The notes: generated by a model from the letters alone, not told the origin. Positions 17,710 to 27,213 are shown, counted from the first letter of the stretch. The stretch is DNA of 64,000 nucleotides from Bacteroidota bacterium (GCA_019638695.1 JAHBTG010000007.1:482-64481), one strand, 5' to 3'. Made by a program: numbers and translations.

Positions 17710-18981
17710 TTACTTGGGCAATTTTTGCAGTATAACATACTGTCCGCCGGTGTAGATGCCCGCCAAATATAAACCATTCGCCCAATCGGTATGAACGATC
17801 CGGGCAATTCCCTGTGCGTCGAAGCGCCCGGTCCAGATGGTTTGGCCTTGTGGGTTTAGGATAGCTGCCCGCAGGTCTGTAGCCATAGGGTAATTGCTGA
17901 GGCGGATCTCCCAGCTATCGGGTAAGGTGCAGAACTGCGCCTGTACTTCAGGTGTACTCGCCAGCCTGCCGGTAACCGGGCATTCTCCGCCCAGCCCGGC
18001 CAGGGCCAGATTGTCTGCACTGTATAGCGCAGCGCGGTGTGCTTCCATCAGTGCCCGGGCCCGGGTCGCCTGCCCCGTTGTGAAGCGGTTCATGCACGCA
18101 TCGGGCAGATAATCCATGTAGTTGTGGTGCGGGTCTGGCAGGTCGGGGCTTTCATGGCAGGTGTTGGGCGGCGTGCCTGGACAGGTGTAGGTGGGGTTTG
18201 CCATGGGGGGGGTATCGCAGACAAAGTCTCCCGCATGGGCGCAGGTAGCTGTGGTGGTTCCTGCACAGCCTTCATCAAAAGGATGATACAATCCCAGCCA
18301 ATGGCCCACTTCATGGGTGCCGGTGCGCCCCATGGCAAATTCCGAACTACTGCCTGATACTACGCCCACATAGTCCTTGCCCAGTACCACGCCGTCCAGT
18401 GTCGGATCCTCTCCTGGCATGGAGGCGTATCCCAGGATGTTGTTATCCGTAAAGGCATCTACCACCCAGATGTTCAGGTAGCGGTCCGGCGGCCACATGG
18501 ACAACGCCTTGAGACTGGCTTCTGCCGCGTCGCTGTTCGCATTATGGATGGCCAGGCCGGAGGTTATGCGCACAATGCCGCTGTGGCAGTTGCCCTCGGG
18601 GTCCTGCTGTGCCAGGAAAAAGCCCACCTCCATGGTGGCGCCGTCTCCGTCTCCCGGGGTGCCGGTCAGTTTCCGGTAGTCCTCATTCAGTACCCGTATC
18701 TGGCTGAGGATCCGTTCCTCTGCCAGTGAAGGACTGCTTTGGTAGATAATATGAAAGACCACCGGCACCTGCCTCAGCTCATTCGCTGTTTTGGCTGCGG
18801 AGGGATGGGCCTGGGCTGTGACTACAGCCGCATTCAACTGCTGCCAGCGGCGGGCATAGGCCTCGTCTGTGGCCAGTTTTTGCAGGTGCCTGCGCAGGGT
18901 CTGATCGGGTAATTGCGCCCCCAGGCTGCTGCATAGCAGCAGCCAGCCGCCCAGTAACCCGCATCTGCCCAGCATTCCCAT
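17710..18981 (-). CDS. M43 (pappalysin/cytophagalysin-like) zinc metalloprotease with a probable T9SS C-terminal domain
   Basis: 423 aa with a signal peptide. The zinc site is HEVGHWLGLYHPF. A Cys-rich region follows, and the C-terminus is ...NGLYLAGIYTGGQYVILQKLPK. Confidence 0.85.
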   Translation of the reverse strand: MGMLGRCGLLGGWLLLCSSLGAQLPDQTLRRHLQKLATDEAYARRWQQLNAAVVTAQAHPSAAKTANELRQVPVVFHIIYQSSPSLAEERILSQIRVLNEDYRKLTGTPGDGDGATMEVGFFLAQQDPEGNCHSGIVRITSGLAIHNANSDAAEASLKALSMWPPDRYLNIWVVDAFTDNNILGYASMPGEDPTLDGVVLGKDYVGVVSGSSSEFAMGRTGTHEVGHWLGLYHPFDEGCAGTTTATCAHAGDFVCDTPPMANPTYTCPGTPPNTCHESPDLPDPHHNYMDYLPDACMNRFTTGQATRARALMEAHRAALYSADNLALAGLGGECPVTGRLASTPEVQAQFCTLPDSWEIRLSNYPMATDLRAAILNPQGQTIWTGRFDAQGIARIVHTDWANGLYLAGIYTGGQYVILQKLPK

Positions 18982-19110
18982 GCGTCAAAGAAACAAAATT
19001 TATAGCCCTTAGGGTAATGAGCTGGCCCAATGGTCACTATCCACACCCGCCCTGTACAGGGGATAATCATGGTGTAGATACTTAACATATTACAGGTAGA
19101 AAGCGGGCTT

Positions 19111-19118
19111 TAGATTTG
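19111..19118 (+). promoter_or_regulatory. Bacteroidetes-type -7 promoter element (TAGATTTG) upstream of the TPR gene
   Basis: It matches TAnnTTTG and lies 36 nt upstream of the ATG at 19154. I saw no clear -33 TTG at canonical spacing. Confidence 0.35.
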
Positions 19119-19153
19119 CGAAGTGAGGCGCGCAAAGCTTCTTTACCAATTTC

Positions 19154-22100
19154 ATGAAATATCTATTGGCGATCTGGTGGCTGGGAATAAGCTTGGCGAG
19201 TGCCCAGCAGTTACCTGCATTTTACCAGCACGAACGGCTGTTTGCCGATGGACAGCAGTTGTTTGACAAAGGCCAATACGTGGCGGCGCATCAGAAGTTC
19301 ACCGAATTGCTGGAGTGTACAGGCACCGCCACGCAGATGGAGCAGCCCGTGCAGTCCGTATTGCTGGCGCAGGCTGCCTACAAGCTCGCCTTGTGCAGCT
19401 TCCATTTGCTCCGCAATGATACGGAAACGGCGTTTGATGCTTTTGTGCAGCAATATCCGGACCATCTGCTGGTGCCCGAGGCACATTTCTATGTAGCCAA
19501 GCTACGTTTCCTCAAACGATATTATGACCTGGTGCCTCAGCGGCTGGATGCCGGTATCATTGCCGGTCTGCAGCCGGAACTGCGGCCCGAAGCTGGATTT
19601 ATGCTGGGATTCAGCTACCTGCAGTTACAGGACTATGCCCGGGCCGACAGCTTTCTGCTGCCGCTCACAGAAGTGGCCGGTCCGCTGCATGACCGGGCCA
19701 ACTATTACCTGGGCATTGCGTATTACAAGCAGCAGGAATACGCACAGGCGTTCAAAAGCTTCCAGGCCGTGGAGCAGAGCGCCGAATTCAGAAGCAAAGT
19801 GCCCTTGTATATAGCCTCCTGCCTGGTGGCTTTGCGGCAATATCCCCTGGCAGAAGACTATGCCCGCCAGCTCAAGGCGCTGGAAACCCCCTTTGAGCAG
19901 CAAGACCTGCTCTATATGCAGTTAGGCACTGCATTCTTTGAGAACGGGCACTATGCCGAGGCCATTCCTTACCTTAGCTATTATAAGGAGCAGGTACAAG
20001 ACCGCCCGGACCGCGCAGCCGTCTATCGCCTGGGGTTTGCCCATTACAAAGCTGGCCAGTATACCCAGGCCAGTACGTACCTGAAGGAAATAGCAGAGGC
20101 GGAAGATACCCTCACGCAGGCTGCCAGCCTTTACCTGGCTTTCTGCCAGCTAGAGCTGGATAAGCCCGAAGAAGCGCGGATGAGCCTGCAGCGTGCCTGG
20201 CGGCTGGCACAGGAGCCGCATTTTACGCAGGAAGCTCACTTCCAGTATGCCAAAGCATCGGTAGCTCTCAATTATTTTGACGATGCCCGCACCACCTTGC
20301 TGGCCTACCTGGAGAAATACCCCCGTAGCCCGCATGCAACGGAAGCCCAGGAGTTACTGGGTGAGGTCTTTTTCTATACCCAGAAATTTGAAGAGGCCAT
20401 TGCTTTCTTTGAAAAAACGCCCTTGCAGAACCAGCGCGCCAAGGTAGCTTATCAAAAAGCCTGCTACTATTATGGTCTTGAACAGCTGAATGCCAAGGAC
20501 AATAAGGCCGCCGAACAATTCCTGCAGAAAGCGCTGGCTACGGATGTGGAGCCACTCTTTACCCTCAATGCCCGTTTCTGGCTGGCCGAGACCTTCTTCT
20601 TTCAGAAGAAATATGAGCCGTCACTCGAAGTATACAAGGCTTTTCTCGCGGCCCCCAAAGCCCAGGAACATGTGTATTATCCGCAAAGCCTCCTGGGGCA
20701 GGGCTGGTGTTTGTTGCGCCTCACCCGTTATGCAGAAGCCGAAAAGGTGTTTGCCAGGCTCCAGAAACTGCCGGAACTGCAGCAGACGCAGCCGCTACTT
20801 TACACAGAGGCCTTATTGCGCCGCGGAGATTGCCTGTTTATCCAGAAAAAGTACAAGGACGCCAACTTCCTCTACGCACAGGCTGCAGAACTGAACACGG
20901 GGCGCACGGACTATGCTCTGTACCAGAGCGGTATATGCCAGAGCCGGCTGGGTGATCATAAGGCCGCCCGCGCCAGGCTGGAACAGGTGGTCAACCGCCA
21001 TCCCAATTCCCCCATACGGCCCGAAGCCCTCCTGGCGTTGTCCAATGAATATTTGCGCTGGGAAAACAAATATGATAAGGCACAGGAATATGCCCGCCAG
21101 CTCCTGAACGAATACCCCGGAAGCGCCTTTGCGCCCCTGGCCCATATCAATATGGCATTATGCTTTGTGCAGCAGCAGAAGGAACCGGAGGCCATCAGCC
21201 ATTACAAAACCGTAGTGCTGAGCTTTGGTAATGCGGAAGAACCCGTAAAAACAGCACTTGCCGAGCTCAAGACGCTGCTGGAAGCGCCCCAGATGGATAG
21301 CCTTATCACCGCCTACCGCGACAAATACCCCGGTAGCAAACCCTTCCTGGATGAAATCTCCTTTACCCAGGCGAGGGATATCCTGCTTATCCAGAGTGAT
21401 TATGCCGGGGCCATCGCCCGTTTTAATGACTTCCTGACTGATTACCCCAATAGTGTAAATGCCCCGGAGGCCCTGCTGCTGCGCGGCCAGGCCTATGCCG
21501 CCAGCCAGGAACCCGACAAGGCGCTGGCAGATTTTGAGATCCTGTTTGCAAGAGATGATCTGCCCAAAGACCTGCTCCTGCGCGCCTGGAACCAGGCCGC
21601 CGAGATCTATTATGCCAAAGGGAAGTTTGGCCGCAGTGCCGAACTCTTTGATATGGCGCTGAAGGCGGGGGAGAACGATGTGGACAAGATACAGGCCCGC
21701 ATGGGGCTGGCCCGTGCCAAGCTGGCCCTGCAGGATACCGCCACCGCACTCAAACTCTATACGGAGATCTATCACGATACACACGCACCGGCCTTTAGTA
21801 AGGCAAAAAGCGGGCTCGAAGCAGGCAAGATCCTGCTGCAACAGGGAAAACACGCACAAGCTGCGGAATACCTGGCGGTAGTAGGTGGGCTGCGCCCTGC
21901 CGGGCCAGGAGCCGAAGCCCTCTACCTGCTGGCGCAGTGGTTATATGGCCAGGGGCAGTATGCTCAGGCGCGCGATACGATCTTTACTCTCAAGGACCGT
22001 TATCCCAGCCAAAGCCACTGGCGCGCACAGGCCTTTATTTTGCTGGCAGATGCTTACTGGCAGTTGAATGAAAAACCCCAGGCGCTGGAAACCCTGCGCA

Positions 22101-22315
22101 GCGTAGCCACTCATGCCGAAGACCCGGCTACCCGCCAGAAAGCCCAGCAACAGCTGGACCAGCGGCAGAAAGCCTATGACATCCAGCAGGCCGAAGACCA
22201 GCGCAAAGCGCAGGAAGCCGCCGAAAAAGCCCGCAAGCAAGCCCTGGACCAGGAACGCAAAAATCCTGTGGAAGAGGTGCAACCCAATGACCCCCGACTG
22301 AAGAAAGATGAATAA
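19154..22315 (+). CDS. large tetratricopeptide-repeat (TPR) protein, secreted
   Basis: 1053 aa with a signal peptide (LAIWWLGISLASAQQ). TPR-like A/Y/L repeats run throughout, and the C-terminal tail is charged and low in complexity. Confidence 0.8.
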   Translation: MKYLLAIWWLGISLASAQQLPAFYQHERLFADGQQLFDKGQYVAAHQKFTELLECTGTATQMEQPVQSVLLAQAAYKLALCSFHLLRNDTETAFDAFVQQYPDHLLVPEAHFYVAKLRFLKRYYDLVPQRLDAGIIAGLQPELRPEAGFMLGFSYLQLQDYARADSFLLPLTEVAGPLHDRANYYLGIAYYKQQEYAQAFKSFQAVEQSAEFRSKVPLYIASCLVALRQYPLAEDYARQLKALETPFEQQDLLYMQLGTAFFENGHYAEAIPYLSYYKEQVQDRPDRAAVYRLGFAHYKAGQYTQASTYLKEIAEAEDTLTQAASLYLAFCQLELDKPEEARMSLQRAWRLAQEPHFTQEAHFQYAKASVALNYFDDARTTLLAYLEKYPRSPHATEAQELLGEVFFYTQKFEEAIAFFEKTPLQNQRAKVAYQKACYYYGLEQLNAKDNKAAEQFLQKALATDVEPLFTLNARFWLAETFFFQKKYEPSLEVYKAFLAAPKAQEHVYYPQSLLGQGWCLLRLTRYAEAEKVFARLQKLPELQQTQPLLYTEALLRRGDCLFIQKKYKDANFLYAQAAELNTGRTDYALYQSGICQSRLGDHKAARARLEQVVNRHPNSPIRPEALLALSNEYLRWENKYDKAQEYARQLLNEYPGSAFAPLAHINMALCFVQQQKEPEAISHYKTVVLSFGNAEEPVKTALAELKTLLEAPQMDSLITAYRDKYPGSKPFLDEISFTQARDILLIQSDYAGAIARFNDFLTDYPNSVNAPEALLLRGQAYAASQEPDKALADFEILFARDDLPKDLLLRAWNQAAEIYYAKGKFGRSAELFDMALKAGENDVDKIQARMGLARAKLALQDTATALKLYTEIYHDTHAPAFSKAKSGLEAGKILLQQGKHAQAAEYLAVVGGLRPAGPGAEALYLLAQWLYGQGQYAQARDTIFTLKDRYPSQSHWRAQAFILLADAYWQLNEKPQALETLRSVATHAEDPATRQKAQQQLDQRQKAYDIQQAEDQRKAQEAAEKARKQALDQERKNPVEEVQPNDPRLKKDE

Positions 22316-24014
22316 GCTGTATCACCTCCTGCCGGGACTGCTCGCCTGCCTCCTCCCCCTGGCAGCTTCTGCCCAGAAGAATAACCCGCTCTCGGGCAGG
22401 GATACGCTGGTACTGGTGAGTGAGCGCATTGAAACGCTGCCTGCCAGCGCCAAGCCCGGTTTTACCCTGCCTAAGCCCGATGTAACCTTTGACCGGCGGG
22501 GGATCGCTTTCCGGCCGGACTCCATTGCCTATCAGCCCGAAGCCAAGCCCTTTGAGATCCTCCAGGCCCCGGTGCCCAAACCCTTGTGGGAGAAGCTGTA
22601 TAATCATCATATCATGGGGGGGATCGGCGCCTTTATTACCCCCATGTTCCGCGGGTATTTCAGCAACGGCCGCAGTACCCAGAAGCATATCCTGGTGCTG
22701 GCAGAACACTTTAGCACGCCCAACGGGCATGAAGACTTTGCCAGTTTTGCCCGCAACCGGCTGAGCGTTGCCGGCAAGTATCTTTTGCCCAAAGTGGGGC
22801 TGGCCTCGCATATACATTTTGACCATAACCAGTACTTTAGCTACAACGATACCCTTGTGCGCCGCTGGCAGGGCGACCCGGCATTTATGGACCAGCTTCA
22901 GCTGGAGCGGGCTATCCGCCAGCGCTTTATGCGGCTGGAGTGGCAGGTAGGCGCCTATAGCCTGGCCGCGGCCGATAAGCCCTATTGGCGGGCCGACGGA
23001 CGCTTGCGGGTATTGGGAGACCGCAGGGGCAACCAGGAACTGCAGGCTGCACTATTGGGAGAACTGGCTATTCCCCTGAGCCCCAGCCTGCGCTTCTCTA
23101 CCGACCTGGAACTGGCCTATACGGGTTTTGACCGCCCTGCCGAAGCACTCCCCGGTGCGCCGGATACCCAGGTGCTCACGCAGGTTACCCCCATGCTAAG
23201 CTGGTCGCACAAGCCCTTTGAGGTAAAGGCCGGGGTGCGCTTTGCTTATGCCGGTATAGGGGATTCTGCCAGTGTGCAAGTATATCCTGTGCTCTCAGGC
23301 AGCTGGCAGCTTTTTCCTTTCCTGATCCCTTATGTGGATATCAGCGGCCGTATGCAGCAGTATGCGCGCTGGCAGGCGCTGGCAGATAATCCCTGGCTGG
23401 ACTCCCGGCAGGTTGCCCTGCCCTGGAGCGAACGTTTGTTTGCCCAGGCCGGGGTGCGCAGCAACTGGAAACGGCTGCGTAGCGATGCTGCTTTCTTTAT
23501 TCGCCAGGCGGCCGGTATGCCCGTGTTCTTTAGTCCGGACAGTGCGGGTACCTGGTATGGCCAGGAGGTGGCCCCCGGTCATTTCCTGCTCCTGCAGGAG
23601 CGGAACTTCACCGCAGTAGGCTTTCAATTACAAGCCCGCGCCGAATGGAATACCCGTGCTTACACCGGGCTGCTGGTGCGTTACCAGAGCTATTCGCTGG
23701 ATAATATCCGCCATTATTTTCAGGTGCCTAACCTGACACTGACGCTGGATGCCGGCTATACGCTGGCCCGCAAACTGGCACTGCGCATGGCCTTTAATGT
23801 CTATGGAGAACGCCCCATGGGCATAGGCACAGATGGGCAGATTACCCGCAAGGGCGCCTTTGCCGATCTTAACTTCCAGGCCGAATACCTGTTTTCCCGC
23901 CGTTTCTCCGTATTTTGCCAGTTCAATAACTTGCTGAACCAAGAATACTATAGGTGGAACGGTTACCTGGAGCGTCCGCTGGACTTCAGGCTAGGCGGCA
24001 CCCTGAGTTTCTAA
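22308..24014 (+). CDS. putative outer-membrane beta-barrel protein
   Basis: 568 aa. Its ATG overlaps the TPR gene stop by 8 nt (ATGAATAA). It has a signal peptide (LLACLLPLAASAQ), alternating beta-strand-like segments and a C-terminal aromatic residue (...RLGGTLSF). Confidence 0.6.
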   Translation: MNKLYHLLPGLLACLLPLAASAQKNNPLSGRDTLVLVSERIETLPASAKPGFTLPKPDVTFDRRGIAFRPDSIAYQPEAKPFEILQAPVPKPLWEKLYNHHIMGGIGAFITPMFRGYFSNGRSTQKHILVLAEHFSTPNGHEDFASFARNRLSVAGKYLLPKVGLASHIHFDHNQYFSYNDTLVRRWQGDPAFMDQLQLERAIRQRFMRLEWQVGAYSLAAADKPYWRADGRLRVLGDRRGNQELQAALLGELAIPLSPSLRFSTDLELAYTGFDRPAEALPGAPDTQVLTQVTPMLSWSHKPFEVKAGVRFAYAGIGDSASVQVYPVLSGSWQLFPFLIPYVDISGRMQQYARWQALADNPWLDSRQVALPWSERLFAQAGVRSNWKRLRSDAAFFIRQAAGMPVFFSPDSAGTWYGQEVAPGHFLLLQERNFTAVGFQLQARAEWNTRAYTGLLVRYQSYSLDNIRHYFQVPNLTLTLDAGYTLARKLALRMAFNVYGERPMGIGTDGQITRKGAFADLNFQAEYLFSRRFSVFCQFNNLLNQEYYRWNGYLERPLDFRLGGTLSF

Positions 24015-24035
24015 CCCATAAGCGCAGCCCACGTA

Positions 24036-25169
24036 ATGACCGACGTACAACTTGCCTATACGCAGCTTGCCTTTCGAGAACTCCGCCAGTTTTCCATACC
24101 TGGTATCGGTACGTTTGTTAAGAAACTGGCCGGTGCACAGGTGGATATGACCCGGAATGTTATATACCCCCCGGCAGAGCGGTTTGAGTTTACGCCCGGC
24201 GGGGCCACCTATGCTGCACAGTTCGTCGGTTTGCTGGAGCGCAAGCAGCACATGGCTGCAGCTCAGGCTTCTGCCGTGGTAGAAGAACTGGGGCAGGCGT
24301 TGCTCAGGCAGGTAAAAGCCCGGAAATCAGTGGACATACCCGGCATTGGCAAACTGGTGCTGGCTGCAGATGATACCCTGGCCTTTACACTCACCAGTGA
24401 AGACCCTACCCTGCAAACCTATGGACTGACCCCTGTGGCCTATGGCGGGCGCACAGAGGAGGTGCTGGAAAAAGATTTGCCCAAAAGCAAGAAGAAAGGC
24501 CAGGACAAAGCGCTGCGTAAACCTGAAAATATGAAGGTGAAGGCGCAGCAGTTGAAGAAGGAGAAAAAACGAACCCGCCTGCTGGCTGTGGTGGCCTTGT
24601 TGTTGTTGGCCGGCCTGGCGGCCGGGATCATTTCCGTATGGCCGCAGATTGAGCGCGAGCTCTTCAAAAACCAGGTGAAGGCGGACGATATCCTGGCCGA
24701 GGACAGTAATGACCCCGGCAAACGGGCTGCGGATCCCCAAAAGCAGTCCGCATCCCAAACAGCTACTCCCCGGAAGCCAGCTGAGGATAGCACTGTTGCC
24801 GGGAAGACCACAACCGCAGAGAAACCCAACGTTACTCTCAGGCCCAAAAGTGAACCGGCTCAGACGCCCAAGTCCCAGCCTAAGCCGTCACCCAAACCAG
24901 CCGTCACCCCCCAGGCAGCGCCTGCGCCTGTTCCACAGGGTGAGGTTACCTATCGCCTGGTGCTGGCACAGACCTTTGACCAGGCCAGGGCAGAAGAAGA
25001 AAAAGGCTTCTGGGCAGAATATGGCGGCGTGGTGGTGCCCATAGGCGGCGGACGCTATACCATACAATTCTTTAGCAGCAAGAGCCGTGCGGCAGTGCTG
25101 AGTAAACAGCAGGCTATGATTACCAGCGGCGTCTTTTACCATGCCAGCCAGACCAAGGTGCTGCCCTAG
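24036..25169 (+). CDS. HU-like (CCDC81-type) domain / TM / Pro-rich linker / SPOR domain protein
   Basis: 377 aa. The N-terminus FSIPGIGTFVKK...IPGIGKLVL resembles duplicated HU-like folds. A basic region and a TM helix (LLAVVALLLLAGLAAGIISV) follow, then a P/K/T-rich linker. The C-terminus YRLVLAQTFDQARAEEEKGFW...YTIQFFSS is SPOR-like. Confidence 0.7.
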   Translation: MTDVQLAYTQLAFRELRQFSIPGIGTFVKKLAGAQVDMTRNVIYPPAERFEFTPGGATYAAQFVGLLERKQHMAAAQASAVVEELGQALLRQVKARKSVDIPGIGKLVLAADDTLAFTLTSEDPTLQTYGLTPVAYGGRTEEVLEKDLPKSKKKGQDKALRKPENMKVKAQQLKKEKKRTRLLAVVALLLLAGLAAGIISVWPQIERELFKNQVKADDILAEDSNDPGKRAADPQKQSASQTATPRKPAEDSTVAGKTTTAEKPNVTLRPKSEPAQTPKSQPKPSPKPAVTPQAAPAPVPQGEVTYRLVLAQTFDQARAEEEKGFWAEYGGVVVPIGGGRYTIQFFSSKSRAAVLSKQQAMITSGVFYHASQTKVLP

Positions 25170-25212
25170 CGCAAAATAGTTTGGGGCAAAGCCCGGGTTT
25201 TGTGGATAAGCA

Positions 25213-25243
25213 TTGCAACTTCCACAGCGCTGCCTTATATTTG
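25213..25243 (+). promoter_or_regulatory. Bacteroidetes-type promoter for rpsT (TTG, 20 nt, TATATTTG)
   Basis: TTG at 25213-25215 and TATATTTG at 25236-25243, about 38 nt upstream of the rpsT ATG. Confidence 0.5.
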
Positions 25244-25280
25244 CCGTCCTTTGTAAAAATCGTTATCGCAAGAAAAGACT

Positions 25281-25535
25281 ATGGCAAATATTGCTTCTGC
25301 CAAGAAACGCATCCGTCAGACTGCTAAACGTCGCCTGGCCAACCGCTACAAAATGGTAACGGCCCGCAACCTGATGAAGAAAGTGCGCCGCATTACCCAG
25401 AAAGAAGAGGGCCTGACCCTGTTGCCCCAGCTGAACAGCCAGCTGGACCGCCTGGCCAATCATAACATCATCCACAAGCGTACAGCGGCTAACTACAAGA
25501 GCAAGATCACTAAATACGTGAACGCGCTGGCCTAA
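25281..25535 (+). CDS. rpsT: 30S ribosomal protein S20
   Basis: 84 aa. The sequence MANIASAKKRIRQTAKRRLANRYKMVTARNLMKK is a typical S20 N-terminus. Confidence 0.95.
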   Translation: MANIASAKKRIRQTAKRRLANRYKMVTARNLMKKVRRITQKEEGLTLLPQLNSQLDRLANHNIIHKRTAANYKSKITKYVNALA

Positions 25536-25586
25536 GGCCTCCACTCCTGGCCGGGCCGTTTATGCACTGCTTGCAACGCTTGGCCC

Positions 25587-26276
25587 ATGAGTTATCAGCA
25601 TACGCCTATTACCCATTGGGCCGAGCAAGACCGGCCTCGCGAAAAGCTCCTGTCCCGGGGGGTCAATGCCCTCACGGATGCGGAGCTTTTGGCTATCCTG
25701 ATTGGAAGCGGCACCCGTGAGCTCAGTGCCGTAGAGCTGTCGCGCAAGCTGTTGCAGGATTTTGACGGGCTGCGGCGGCTGGCACAGTCGGACGTCTCCC
25801 ACCTGATGAAATACAAGGGCATCGGAGAGGCCAAGGCCATCAGCATTGTAGCTGCCTTTGAACTGGCCCGCCGGAAGCAACTGACAGAGAGCCGTAATAT
25901 CAGTGTGGGCGATCCTGCCACGGTGGCTGCTTACCTGGCGCCCCGCATGGAAGACCTGCCGCATGAGATTTTTTATGTGCTCTACCTTAACCAGCGAAAC
26001 CAGATCGTGGGTGAGCGGGAGATCAGCAGCGGCGGCACCAACGGCACCATCATAGATCCCAAGCTGGTGTTCAGGGAGGCTCTGAACCTGCTGGCTACCG
26101 GCCTCATCATTAGCCATAACCACCCCAGCGGTAACTTGCGGCCCAGTGAGGCAGACCTGCAACTTACGCGCAAGCTCCGGGAAGCGGCCCTGCTGTTCGA
26201 TATCCGCCTGCTGGACCATATCATTATTGCCGCCGGCAACGGCTATGTTTCCTTTGCCGAACAAAATCTTCTTTAG
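25587..26276 (+). CDS. radC: RadC-family JAB/MPN domain protein
   Basis: 229 aa. It has the helix-hairpin-helix-like motif GIGEAKA and the JAMM motif HNHPSGNLRPSEAD. Confidence 0.9.
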   Translation: MSYQHTPITHWAEQDRPREKLLSRGVNALTDAELLAILIGSGTRELSAVELSRKLLQDFDGLRRLAQSDVSHLMKYKGIGEAKAISIVAAFELARRKQLTESRNISVGDPATVAAYLAPRMEDLPHEIFYVLYLNQRNQIVGEREISSGGTNGTIIDPKLVFREALNLLATGLIISHNHPSGNLRPSEADLQLTRKLREAALLFDIRLLDHIIIAAGNGYVSFAEQNLL

Positions 26277-26295
26277 TCTCCCTTTTGCTGCTCAT

Positions 26296-26766
26296 ATGGC
26301 CAAGAAAGAAGCCAAAAACCTTGCTCCTACCCTGGTGAACCGTAAGGCTTCGCACGAATACCATTTCGTGGAGAAGTTTGTGGCGGGCATCCAACTGGTG
26401 GGCACAGAAGTGAAAAGCGTGCGGGAAGGCAAAGTGCAGATGCAGGATGCCTATTGTGTGTTTGAGCAGGCAGAGCTGTTTGTCAAGAATATGCAGATTA
26501 GTCCTTATGGACAATCTGCCGATTTCTTTAACCATGAACCTATGCGCAAGCGCAAGCTGCTGCTTACAGCCCGGGAACTCAAGCGGCTGGAGAAAGGGAT
26601 ACAGGAAACAGGAGTTACTATTATCCCCGTGCGGTTGTTTTTTTCTGAAAGAGGGCTGGCCAAGCTGGAGATTGCCCTGGCCAGGGGCAAGAAACTCTTT
26701 GATAAACGGGAAACGATTAAAGAGAGAGAAGTTACCCGGGAAATGCAGCGTAACTTGAAGGATTAA
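26296..26766 (+). CDS. smpB: SsrA-binding protein SmpB
   Basis: The internal ATG at 26296 gives MAKKEAKNLAPTLVNRKASHEYHFVEKFVAGIQLVGTEVKSVREGK... The upstream part of the track ORF overlaps radC. Confidence 0.95.
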   Translation: MAKKEAKNLAPTLVNRKASHEYHFVEKFVAGIQLVGTEVKSVREGKVQMQDAYCVFEQAELFVKNMQISPYGQSADFFNHEPMRKRKLLLTARELKRLEKGIQETGVTIIPVRLFFSERGLAKLEIALARGKKLFDKRETIKEREVTREMQRNLKD

Positions 26767-26823
26767 CAACTTTGCTTATGAGATATTTCGTTTATTTGTA
26801 GCCATAAGTAATTACTGCTAGCC

Positions 26824-27213
26824 GTGTCTAAACTGAATATCGAGTCGACTGATAAAACGCCTAAGATTGTTTTTGATCCTGAAGGCAATGAGTTCATTAT
26901 TTCCGGGCGTTCTATTCCTGAGGATTCTGTAGACTTTTATGAGCGTGTATATCAGTGGCTGGATGCGGAAGGGGTGAGCCTTGCCGGTCCCCGCAAGTTT
27001 GTATTTATGCTGGAGTACTTCAATACCAGTTCCAGCAAGTGTATCCTGGAGGTGTTCCGTCGCATCCAGGAGATCTACTACAAGAACAATGAAGTGTCTA
27101 TCGTGTGGATGTGCGAAGAAGAGGATGAGGATATGATAGATACCGGGCATGATTACCAGGCTATCCTGGAAGTGCCTTTTGACATACAGGTAGAGGAAAT
27201 CCTTTTCGGCTAA
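26824..27213 (+). CDS. SiaC-family (DUF1987) regulatory phosphoprotein-like protein
   Basis: 129 aa, GTG start. The sequence aligns by eye with the DUF1987/SiaC pattern: ...PKIVFDPEGNEFIISGRSIPEDSVDFYERVYQWL...YFNTSSSKCILEVF...VPFDI. The conserved Thr of the NTSS motif is encoded at 27025-27027. Confidence 0.7.
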   Translation: MSKLNIESTDKTPKIVFDPEGNEFIISGRSIPEDSVDFYERVYQWLDAEGVSLAGPRKFVFMLEYFNTSSSKCILEVFRRIQEIYYKNNEVSIVWMCEEEDEDMIDTGHDYQAILEVPFDIQVEEILFG

